From the NCBI GenBank assembly GCA_000182565.2, contig KQ257456.1: a DNA stretch of 64,000 nt; one strand, written 5' to 3'. Below the pieces are notes generated by a model, which ran no database searches, was not told where the DNA came from, and saw only the letters and a list, made by a program, of their open reading frames with translations. Shown piece after piece: positions 38,966 to 53,986 of the stretch. The position numbers and the translations under genes were made by a program. This stretch comes from Spizellomyces punctatus DAOM BR117. Its lineage: Eukaryota. Every line of letters starts with the position of its first letter. The first letter of the stretch is position 1.

Positions 38966-39830
38966 TCATTGGGATTTTCCAACGGCTTGGGCTCTGGTTA
39001 CTTTATCCAACCTTGCAAGGTTTCTGCTTGCGCCAACTAATTGGATCACGTTTGTGACCTGCTTCAGCGCAAATACTGGGAACATTGCAATTGCGAGTGC
39101 GACACACGCAACGTAGGATGTTGTGTCAACTCCTTCCACATTTGGTATCCAGGCTCCACCACTCGGAGTGCCTACGCCAGCACCCGCCGCGGCCACTGCC
39201 GGATACCCGGCCCCAATACCTAACATTGCCAAACCCCCCTTTTTCGCAATCTCTACGTGCCACGTTCCCACCAGGTACAACGCTATGAAAAAGAGCTCGT
39301 TTCCTGCACAAACCACAAAGAGCACTTTGTTGTTGGTGTAGTATTGGCGAAGTAGCCATGAAGTCTTCTTGGGATCCACGTTCTTGTGCGATCCGGCGCC
39401 AAGAACGAGAGAAGAGTACATTTGCAGATAATGGGCGGAAAGGTCGAGCGCAAGTAGCGTTTGGAAAAAAAGCGTGAATCGCGGGAACGCAAGGGCAAGG
39501 TAGATCAGTAAGCAGGAAGTTGTACTCCTGTCGGTGACCATATCGAGAACCGCACCGAAGCGCGATGCTTAGAAAAAGAAATGCATCAACATCGACGATA
39601 GCTATAGCTTGTCGCGGTGCACGACCACGCGTCCACTCACTTTGTCCAAAATATCTCGCTGCTTGACCGTCTGCCGCATCCAGCAGACAGCTTATTGAAT
39701 ACAGTGCCATTGCTGTATATGTGTGATAAGGTAGATACCACAAGGCGGCGAACATAAGCAACACCCTGGCATAACCGATGAGGTTTGGCACAAAGAGGAA
39801 GACGTTATCAGTTTTCGACGGACTGAACAT
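38966..39830 (-). CDS. PIS1: Phosphatidylinositol synthase
   Basis: NVFLFVPNLIGYAR, LLDAADGQAARYFGQ, FGAVLDMVTDR, VCAGNELF; one intron. Confidence 0.96.
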
Positions 39831-40083
39831 TGTGCTTCCGGAGGCAGTTGCAGCGAGAAGGAGGATGCGAAAAGGGGCGGACGCAGATAGTCAGAGACAA
39901 GAGACCGTATGCTCCCAGTCGCGGAGCAGCCGAACGGATCTCCAAATGTTAAAAGCTTTCGTTGTTTATCTTTAAAGCGTTTATTAGACTCGGACTAGCC
40001 GGGGGTCGATTCATCCATTGTTGACATGGCAATCAATGTCCTGACTCACACAAGCGCGCTGCGCGTTCAGCGATTTGGCAGCA

Positions 40084-41965
40084 ATGATGGACGAAGCAAC
40101 ACGACGGGCAAAGGAGGAGCACGTAACGGGACACAACGGAACTTCCGTGCTGGAACTCCAGCAGGTTCTCACCGTCACATTGGTAATACCTGTCAAAGCC
40201 AGTGCGTCGACTTGACTGCTCACCATTTGTGCTCGGTCCGCGTGCGTAGTTGTCATATGCGCTATGGAAAGCGGTAACCCAGACCTGGCACCCAGGGCGG
40301 CGCTCCATGTTGTTGGAGTACTCATGTGAATTTGCAACTCTCGTTTTGCCGTTCCTTCTGTCTGTGACGACAGAGTGGAAGTCACAAACCTTAGCTGCCC
40401 TGCTGCTAGCCACAGTCTTTGTGTCCTGCTTGCCAGTCCCGCAACACGTCGAAAAAGCGGCAAAGAACAAGCCAACAAAGTCAATCGCCCAATTTCATCT
40501 GCCTTTCCTAACTCCAGTTCGAGGATGCCTACAAGTGGTTACGATAATATGCATCCTTGCGGTGGACTTTCGCGTATTTCCTCGCCGATTTGCTAAAACA
40601 GAAACATTTGGTACATCCCTGGTCTGTCCCAAACTTCAATTTTGTTACATATCAAGACCTGCAAACTGGTTGGACAGCTTCTTAATAGAACATCTGTTTT
40701 TCCTGTGCAATTTAAGATGGACCTTGGAGTTGGCCTCTTCATCTTTTCGGGTGGCGTGGTGGCAGGCCCCCGTCTGAAGACAACTGCCGGTGAACCTATC
40801 GAGAAGCTCTACAAGAGTATAAAACTGTGCACTCCCGTAATGATTCTGGGAGTCGCGAGGATGATATTGACGAAAGGGGTGAACTATCAGGTTGGTTGAC
40901 GCCATGAACCTTGGAGGATGTCGAACCCCATTAGTAAAAAAACAACACATATGTGACTGCAGGAGCATGTCACAGAATATGGGGTGCATTGGAACTTCTT
41001 TATGACGTTGGCTCTGATTCCTTTAGTCATAACGATCCTACAGCTGCTGGCTCCTGGATTGAGCTTCACCACACTGGCGGTAGTGATTTCCGTAGGTAGG
41101 CCGCGACATGACATTCAACGAATTGTTCGCGTGGGCAGAGTTGAGCAATAACACTGGGAAACAAGCGTACACGATCCTTTTGCAGAATATGGGCCTCGAG
41201 CGATACATCATGGAAGCTCCAAGAGACAATATTTTTAGCATGAACAGAGAAGGCATTTGCAGTTTTTTCGGTGAGACTCTCCCTTTCTAAAGTAGAATGA
41301 TTGCCAACACGCACTGACTGGACTATCGTGCGGAGCCCAGGCTATTTGGCAATCTTCCTTCTTGCGGCGGATATCGGCGCGAGATTAAGGATGTACACCA
41401 CACACCAGACTGTTCCTGTAGCGCTGCCCCAAATTCTGAGAGAGCTGCTCGCCATCTTAATATCCCTAAGCATCGCTTTCGCTGTGGCGACTCAGATACT
41501 CGGAATACAAGTATCAAGGAGACTGGTCGGTGGTCTTTCCCATTTGGATTCCCAAGCAAGCACTCGTTATTGGTCTAAATTGGTATCTCTGTAGGCCAAC
41601 ATCTCCTACGTGCTGTGGGTCTCTCTATCCGGAGTCTACCATGTATCAGGATGCGCCTTGATAGATTTGCTATATGGGACAAGAGCTGAGATACAGACGC
41701 CTTTACTCTACAAGGCCATTAATAGGAACCAGCTGGCGATATTTCTAGTGGTACGTCTAGCCGTTTATGTAATGCAATTCGTCCTCGCGTCATATTAACT
41801 TGCTCACTCCATAAGGGAAATCTCCTGACCGGCCTTGTAAATCTCTCCGTTAATACGTTGGAAGTGTCAGACAGCACAGCATATGCGATACTTACGTTGT
41901 ACATATTTATAGTTGGTGGAGTGGCAGTGATCCTCGATCATCTCAATTTAACGCTAAAGCTATGA
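40084..41965 (+). CDS. GWT1: GPI inositol acyltransferase Gwt1/PIG-W
   Basis: [80 protein letters not shown]. Confidence 0.95.
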
Positions 41966-42212
41966 GGAGTTGCAGCTAAGGAATCCGGCTCGCAAACCTC
42001 GCTAAGTACAGTGTTAAGCGTGCCAAACAACACCGGAGTGTTTAGAAGGATTGACAGTGTATTGAAAAGCCAATATTGGAAGGTACACGGTAATAGAGCA
42101 ACTAAACTAAATAGGCTGCTATCCCAATGACACACAAATAGCGATACGCCGTTATACGCAGAAAGCAGTTCCCTGCACTACATCCAGTAACTTACGCAAT
42201 GGGAATACGCCA

Positions 42213-45163
42213 CTATTGACCAATGCCGAGACTTTTCATTTCGCTGCTCAACCATTCTTCAACTTTGTCTTCCGAGGTCAGGGCTTTCCGCGGCGTCACT
42301 TGCTCTTTGAGTGGCTTCATGTTCGTCGAGTCTTCCACCGCAGGTGGAAAAGTCCCACCGGCAGGGACATGGATAGGTTTATGAGGCGGCCCACCAGAAG
42401 CGTAATGGGTCATTGCCATCCCGGGATAGAATGAAGCAGCACTTTCGCCTGACTGGGGTGCAAAAGGAGATCCAAACGGTGGCCAGAAGGGGTAACCCAT
42501 TTGAGGAGGCCCACCCCACGGGTATGCTCCCATGGGTGACATCGGTTGGAATGGCGGAATCGGCTGCGGATTTGTGGCCGTTTGGTTGCGGTAGCCGGCT
42601 GCCCAGTTGAAGGGATATGGACTCCAGCCGGCGGGCCCCGATGTCAATGGCGGTGATTGAAGTGCAGGTTGCTGCGGATGTTTATCGACGATGACATCAT
42701 CAACTGGCGGACCTTTTGGACTTGCTTGCTCCTCTACGAAAGGGGACGGATGTGATTCCTTATCCAATTCATCGTCATTCTCCTTTTTGCCACCAATTGG
42801 CTCTGCCGCCGAAGAAAGAACCCTAGGACGCCCCAACTCCTGGTCCTTTGAATCGCTGTCTTGATGAGAACTTTCTGTCTCCTTTGTTGGCAGCTACATG
42901 CTTGTTAGCTGCCTGTGCCACGTCCAGAAACTCAAGTCATGCCTACATTTAGATGTTCACGGAGCTCCGCATCCAAATATGCACGCAATTCCAGCAAAGC
43001 TCTCTCCATTTCTGTCGACATTCGTCCTTTGAATTGGACTCCCTATGGCAAGTATTACATCCAGAGACTCAGCTCACAGCGCAAAATTCGTGAAAAAAGC
43101 CGTCAAGTACCCCGTGTTTTAGCGAATATAAAATGCTGATATCGTACGCTTTCGCAATCGTATTAAGTTGATCAATCAGCTCGCTTTCCGCGGTTTGATT
43201 AGATCTCAGACCCTTTGTCACATCGCCTGTTCATGAACACATCACTTAGACAGCCTCCAAGAGCTATAGAAATGCCAACTGAACCATGAAATACGTACTA
43301 TCGAAGAGGTGTACGACGACAGGCTCCAAAGGACGTATTTCTGGCAAGATTTCTTCCTTCGGGTTGTCAAGGTTCCCACTGGATCCAGACCCGTCCTTTT
43401 TGATGTTGCCGGTTGGACTCTGTTCATTCACTCGCATTTGAGGTTGCACAACTTCCACGATTGGTTCTCGTTCATCCGCTTGGCATCTGGCCGGTTCCTT
43501 GGCAGTCGGAGTTTGGTCACGACCAGAACTCTGGTGGGCTGCGGGGGTCGCTGATTGCTGAACCTGCTAGCACAATTGTTAGTGGTGCATAGAGTGCCAT
43601 CCCAATCAAGAAAGCTACTACCTGATCATGCGATCTGCTCTTTCCGGAAGTCGTTTTCTGTAGGTTGTCCAACGCCAGAACCACAGAATCTATATTGGCT
43701 TGTGCGCCCTTGAGATATACCACCTGTCACTCACAAAGTAATATTACTATTAAACCAGACTGTTAATACTGCTTAAGCATACCTGATCGCCATTTTGGTA
43801 ACAAACATCGACTTTGTGTTCTTTGCAGAATTGACGAATTTCTCGCAGGAGATCGACAGTTTGCTCATTCGCCATTAAGATCGTGTCCGGTTCAAATTTC
43901 CATGTCCGCATGTTCTTCATCTGAAAAGTAGCATTAAATGCATTAGCGTAAATTTACAGTCATGGCTGAAATCGGAAACAGCGACTGGGATACAGCTTAC
44001 GATGTACGGTTTAAATCCTTTGTAGGTCCTTATGGTATCTTGTTCAGCTTTCACGACATCCTCTTCATTCAACCCTCTAAAGATCAGGGTCTGGTCGGAT
44101 GTTAACCACCTTGCAATGTCAGCTAGGTATGTGCAATCACTCACTGTGAGGAGGGTATCAAATTTTGCATCTACATTGCTGGCTTTAGCGATTTCGTTGA
44201 TTTTCTCTTTAAATACTTCAGCCAGCGTGGGGCCGTTGCTAGATTCCCCATGCGCTGAAAACTTTTGCGCCACTTCCATGATTTCGTCGTCAAAGTGAAT
44301 GGTTTTTGTGAATTCGTCTGAGTTGGAAGCAGGGCTACTTGAAGAGCCGGACTTGATCTCCTTAGTCACAATTGCTATCCTGCCCGAATCTGAAGACGTC
44401 TGTTCAATCAAAAGCCTCGCAGCGCTTTCTTCGAGGCCCTAGATGTTTCACATCAATTCAAGATGTGTATCATGGTCTCGCAAAATGCAGCCACTTGACA
44501 AATACCGGTTGCAGCTCACGCAATACAGCACATTGAAAAGAATTCAACTGCTTCGTCGCCTCGGATATCATTTGGTCTTTCTGAGATGTTCCTTTTCCTT
44601 TCATTAAGACGCACTGACTCGGAGGAATGCTTTCAGAGGACGTGAAATATGACGAATTACTTACAAATGGTACTCACCCTATTGTCATACTCCGGAACAA
44701 TTGAGATACCATGCATATCTGCCAAGTATTCAAGTTTCTTTTGAATTCTTTCCTTTCCTGCAACTGTATCGAACAGATGCGCTGCAACATCGGGATTCAA
44801 GCGAATGCGTCGCATCTGCTCCCCAATCAGCGCACACAGACGAAGTCGCCTAACTGAGGATGTTAGCTTCCGCAAACGAGCGCGAAAGAATCATCTGTTT
44901 ATTACGCCTGATGTAAAGATTTTTCGTCCGACCCAAGGATCTGAAAGGTACCCGATTTCTTGTTCTCGCCAACAGCTGTGTGGGTCTCTACGGCAATCTC
45001 CCTAAAATGCAAACCAGATTTGACGGGATGAATTCCATCTTTAAAAGTCGGCGAATTTAGAATAGCAAGAAAAGGCGCACCTCACTTTTGGGTAGTTTCC
45101 GACAGAGTCCCACGTCTTAGGAAGAAGGACAAAGGTCTCCAGCGAAGGCAATAAGGCTCCCAT
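42213..45163 (-). CDS. Unknown multi-exon protein with degenerate KH-like repeats and a Pro/aromatic low-complexity tail
   Basis: Manual splicing links the ORF segments (e.g. YPKVREIAVETHTAVGENKKSGTFQILGSDEKSLHQARLRL); tail rich in P/G/F/W/Y/M. The KH call is inference. Confidence 0.6.
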
Positions 45164-45387
45164 CTCTGCGTACTGACAATGTCAATCAGAAATAAGCAGG
45201 AAATCCAAACTTTGGACGACGAGCTTGGATAATGTTAACGTGGGAAAAAACGGGCCTTTGGACGAGAACTTTGACAGGTGAAGTGTCGGGATTGCTTACG
45301 CAATCCTCGTCACGTGCATTACTGTTGTGAGTCTCCTCCAACTCAGACCAGCTGCTCAACTTTTGAACGCGGGTCATCTACGGAAAA

Positions 45388-46096
45388 ATGCCAGTCGCCT
45401 ACCTAAGCCGAACAGAGCATTTCTCAGCTGCACATAGGTTGAACACTCCCAAACTCTCTGAGGAGGAGAATAAAACGTTATATGGGAAATGCAATCACCG
45501 ACATGGGCACGGCCATAACTACAAGGGTAGGGGGACCGAGGATTCCTATCCTCTCCTCCTTGACGCTATTTACAACTCACTTATCATCTATGTATGACCT
45601 GTTTTTAGTTGAAGTCATTGTGAAGGGACAGGTAACGGAATGAGAATTCCATTCTTCGGTGCAAGGTCTTGAAATTCCTGTACAATATCTCATTCTGTGC
45701 ACTGTTAAGATTGACCCTGTGACCGGGATGGTCTTGAATATAACCGAACTCAAGGAATGCATGAAAAGCGCTATTATCGATTTGATGGACCATAAAAACT
45801 TGGTATAATATCCATGAATATGTCAAGTTATAGGAAGGGATTGCTCATGCACTGCTCACTAGGATGTCGATGTACAATATTTCCATGACAAACCAAGGTA
45901 AATCGACCACTTACATAGATGCGCAAGAACAGACAAGTCATATGTTTTCTTATTTGCCGTGAAATCTCGTAGTACGGCGGAGAACATAGCAGTGTTCATA
46001 TGGGACAATATGCAGCGCATACTACCTAAAGGAGAGTTGCATGAAATTCGGTTACATGAAACCGACAACAACGTTGTTCTTTACCGTGGAGAATGA
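45388..46096 (+). CDS. PTS: 6-pyruvoyl-tetrahydropterin synthase, animal type
   Basis: FSAAHRL, YGKCNHRHGHGHNYK, IDPVTGMV, DHKNLDVDV, STAENIAVFIW, LHETDNNVVLYRGE*. Confidence 0.95.
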
Positions 46097-46160
46097 ATTC
46101 GTGTATTGAGAAGCAGTACAGTAATAAGACTATGTACAAAATCCGAACCGACAGAGAGGG

Positions 46161-48094
46161 TCATATTGCGCTACTGGACGACGCCCTCGTGTTCATTCGC
46201 GTGCAGCAAAAAGCGAGAATCCATTTGAGATCAATAAGCATATACTTGAGAGCTTTGGTCCATGCTTCGTCCTGATTGAATTGTAATCGTATAGAGGTGT
46301 CGCCGATCTTGTCTTTGCTGATTCTACATGGTCGATAAAATAGTCGCATTAGTACCGAATGGACGCAGAAACAACTCAGTGGAGTCACCTGTAGGGCAAG
46401 CGAAATTTGGGATCTCGCTGTTCTGCGTAGTCCCCTATCTGTTGCAGGCAATTCAAAAATGAAACCAGAGCATTGTCGAAGCGGCGGTTCCAAAACAGCA
46501 TTCCCTTCAGGTCCCCTGAACCATACCTGAGAGTATTACGAAAGAGTGTTACGCAGCCGATAACAGAAATCTATCAACTGACTACCTACTTACAGTTCAT
46601 GAACGCCCTTGTCACCGTCAGTCTTTTCGATTCTTGAGAAGCTACCCATCGGAACCAAGCGATAGCTGGGACAGACAATAAATTTAATTCCGCCACCTCC
46701 ATAGTGACTCGCACAGCTACATACCCTTTGAAAGTGAAGTTCAGCTTACTAGCCATCGTATCGAGAAGGAGTAACGCTTGACCCATCGCAGCGTTTATTT
46801 CACTCCAATCCACCTAATGGCAGAGGGATGAGCAAATATCTAGCGGACAGCTTGGAAAATAATCGTTGGCGCAGCGAATTCTAACCGGTTGATTGGGCAA
46901 ACGACCCATTCGAAAACCTTAGACTAGCCATCAGTATAGGCTATCGGCAGTACGAGAGGTACAAAAGACTCTCACCATTGATTGTACCGAATGGCCCATC
47001 ATGCCAGATTCTGAACGTATCATTATAGACGTTCGTTTTTTTAAGCTTCTCCAGCTGATTGGAGACGTATTCATAGTTGAGGTTGACACTGTCGCGCTCG
47101 TTGTAGTACTTCTGCAGCTCATCCTGCAGGCTGTTGATTTCCTGCCAGTAGCTGTTTATACAAAGGCTAATCAGATTCTGACCACGCCTTCATCACATAT
47201 CAAAATGGCACATACTTGAGCTTCAGTGCATCCACTTCCTCCAGCTCGGTTTTTGCCACTTCCAGTTCCTCCTTCAATGCCACCTTCTCCTTCTCCAGAT
47301 CCTTAAGCACATCCAAGGCATTGCGCTCTTGCTCCTTCAACTAAAGGGATACGAGAGCGACAGTATAAGCAGTTGACTTTGACCATCTTTACCGCTTGCT
47401 AGTCTACGCTTTGCGTACCATGACGACATCTGCTTCCGTCACACGGCGTCCTTCTCCAGCTTCCTCGTCAGCAACCAAAGTTGCCAGATATGCTTCATAA
47501 GCTTCTTTTTCTTTCCGAACCTCAGATAGCCGCTTTTCCAGCTTTATTATGAGTTCGTCAGCGCAGTCTTGGCATAATGGATGATCGACTTGTGATACAT
47601 GAGAGATCAGGTCAAACAGCTTCCCCGCCGTTTTCAATCGATGGCTGAGGCTCCCTCGTTGTTGGTCCTCCGCAGTACCGCCTTTGGAGCCCCTCTGCGG
47701 AGCGACTAATAAGGGAGACACTTGCGACTTTGAGAGCATGACAAATGACTCTTGGATCGGTATTGACAATTTGTTTCCCGATCCCTTGCGGTTCACAGAG
47801 GACGGCGTTGGATGAAAAGACCGAGTTCCATGGTTAAGACTCGGCGTGCTGCCTTCCATTATCTGAGGAGAAATCTGAGAGCCATTTTCCACGACTGTAG
47901 CTAATGTGCGAAAAAAGTTTGAGCATGTAGTCCTGCGGGGTGCCTTTGAACTAGCATAATCGGCAGAAAGACCAACCAACAGCTTCTTCATATGGTATAT
48001 TTTCTAGCAAAGAGGGGTCCAACTTGATCGGTTGCGAGCAGCTGCAACAGAAGTAGCTGGCTAACATAAAGTCAGACGGTCCCCATCTCTCCAT
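46161..48094 (-). CDS. ATG6: Autophagy protein Atg6/Beclin-1/Vps30
   Basis: [48 protein letters not shown]. Confidence 0.95.
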
Positions 48095-48204
48095 TGTCGA
48101 CCGACGGATAGCGCCGTGCTGCGCAACTAACATCGTGTAGTAAGCAAGAGTGGCTTTGCCGAACCAGGTGCTTCATTCCTCCTTCTGCCCCAGTTGACCA
48201 ACTA

Positions 48205-48941
48205 ATGTCATCTACATACAAATCCAAATATGTTCGACTTCAGGAGAGGTACCGTTCTCTCGCAAAGGTGAAGATATGCAGTAGGAGCAGCCACCCCGCG
48301 GATGCGCATCTTAATAACGTCGCCTTTCATTAGGAACGGTCGGAGCTCGTTACTTATTTAGAGAAGGCTATGAAAGATGTGAAGAGTCTGAAGACGGAAA
48401 ACCAGTGTGTTGCATATGCTGTTTGTTGCACTGGAAACTATCCGCTGAATTTGTCCTTGTTCTTGCGTAGACAACTTCTCGACTTGATAATTCTTCTTAC
48501 CCCCAAAGGGGCCGAAGAGTGAGGAAGTGGTGTTAACTATTACAGCGGTTTTATATCATTAAATTTGGTGCATTTCATTTAAGCTCTTCAGATGAAAATG
48601 TCAAAGCTTCTGCCTCCGATGATTCACATAGTTCGGGTGCCTCTCGCGACTCGAACACGTCCGACGACGACATACCAGGTCTTTTCCTCAAGACCGCTAT
48701 TGTGGCACCTACTGTTTCCTGAAGGCTCACTCTTGGCTTTCCTACATAGATTCTGATGCGGAACGCTACCATTCACTTCAGAAAACACCTAGTCACCGGG
48801 GACGAAAACGCAAAGTGTGTGGAGGATCACCCCGAAAGTTTGCGTTGTTATATCTGACACATAATTTGCTTCTAGGAGAACGAGGCCGTCCTGCCCGCGC
48901 ATGCCAGCCCTAAGAAGCGAAGAAAGCAACTATCACAATGA
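48205..48941 (+). CDS. Small nuclear coiled-coil protein, IEC3/INO80E-like, 6 exons, absent from the ORF track
   Basis: Five GT-AG introns give MSSTYKSKYVRLQERYRSLAKERSELVTYLEKAMKDVKSLKTENQQLLDLI...SPKKRRKQLSQ*. Confidence 0.65.
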
Positions 48942-49178
48942 TGGTGGCTCTTATCGCAGACTGCATCATACACAACCCACTGAAACTTATCCATCGGAAC
49001 CGTCACCAATATAGAAACACTAGACTGAGAGCGCCCCATAGTCCTGCCGATCTACACGTCGGGGCAAGAAAGACTAGAGGGGAACGCAAGCGACTATATT
49101 CGCATTGAACATCCGTTCAGATATATACACGGTCAATAAATATTCACACGTTGTCCGTCAGCATTTGGGTCGCCCCAA

Positions 49179-52355
<3,177 letters not shown>

Positions 52356-52833
52356 GTTGAACTGTCTTCGGCGGGAGCGCGACGGAGAGAGGCAAGCACA
52401 GGTAAACGATCAATACAAATCTGTTCTAGAACGATATGCGCCGAAATTTTCAGGGATAGCACCGAAGCTGTAGATGGGTTGTCCAGTAGTTGAGTGACCG
52501 TGAAGCGAAAGCGATTTCGGACGCCAGGTGCATGTCCGAAAGTATATTACATAAGCAAGAATACTCAAGGTCGCCAGTTCCATTCGAGTAAGACCAGCAA
52601 CTGGAATGGCTCGACTTCTGCTTCTTTCACCTTTAATTACACCGCTGTTTAATATGATGATGTTTATTCCGTATTTATTTTGTTGCATGATATATTTGCA
52701 AATGCTCGCACTATGTCGCAATAAACATTGCCGAATTCTGTGTCCGATCAACTGGATTCGGACGCGTTGCTGCGTCGCACTCTCAAGCTTCACAGACCAT
52801 TACCGCTTGCATTCCCTTCCCTAAACTGAAAGC

Positions 52834-53833
52834 ATGGCAACTATACAGAAGGGGAAGACCATCACATTACGTGGGTCTGCTCAAATTGTCGTTGAATTCT
52901 TCAGTAAGTGTGGTGGGCATTGGCGTTGATGTATAAAGTGCTCATCTTTGCAACACCAAAAGACTATGGTATTAATAGGTAGAGCAGCAGTGTTATCACT
53001 GTCGGCATGACTTGAATTACTCATAACCTTCTGCCGTAACCGCCGAAAAGCATTCTCTTTCAACGTGGGCTTTACCCTCCCGAAGGTCATAATGAGCTAT
53101 CTGCAGCTGGACGTATACAGAGACGGATACTGATAGTTAGGCACTATTTGCAGACTTCCGAATGGTTAAAAAGTATGGATTGAATCTCCTTCTGACCTCC
53201 GATGACGGCGTGCAAGCATACCTCAAAGCCATTTTATCACAACTTGACAGTACGTTCTTATACTGGGAGTACAATCCTAGTCTTCTAATAATTACCATCG
53301 TTCTTAGAATGGATCGTCGCCAAAAAAATAAGTAGATTGGTCATGGTCATCAGCTCCAAGGACACTCGAGAGGTGCTCGAGCGATGGTCGTTCGATATAC
53401 AATTAGAACAATCAGACGATCGCAAGGAGAATTTTTGCGAGTATGTTAGCTGGAAATGACTGCATGAGAATTCGCGACTCATCCGCATTGCAGAACCAAG
53501 AAGAGTAAGACGGAGAAAGAGATAAATTCGCAGATCGCTGCGGTCATGAGACAGATTACCGCCAGTGTATCCTTCTTACCGATGCTTGAAGATCCTTGTA
53601 AGCTTCCAGGTTTAAATTACTCTCTTAGGGGCTCACTACTGACGCGCTGACGTGTCCCAGGTACCTTTAATATACTCGCATACACTGATAAAGATGCAGA
53701 AGTCCCTGCCGAGTGGATTGATTCTGACGCACGCCTAATTACGAAGAACGCGGAGCAAGTGAAGTTGCGAAGTTTCTCGACAAGTGTCCATAAAGTTGAT
53801 GCTTTAGTAGCGTACCGTCTCGGCGACGACTAG
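52834..53833 (+). CDS. MAD2: Spindle checkpoint protein Mad2 (HORMA domain), absent from the ORF track
   Basis: Spliced ITLRGSAQIVVEFF..INSILFQRGLYPPEDF..VKKYGL, EVLERWSFDI, RQITASVSFLP, EQVKLRSFSTSVHKVD. Confidence 0.95.
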
Positions 53834-53986
53834 ATCTCTCCCCTCTAGATTAGGCTGATAAGGGTCCAAGTACATTGTATATAACTCTGCTTTAAAGATG
53901 CATATTTCATAGCAATTGTCATTTGACAGAGGGCTATACCGACGTGTCCAACCGGCCGCACGATAAATAATCTACCTTCTAGAGCT

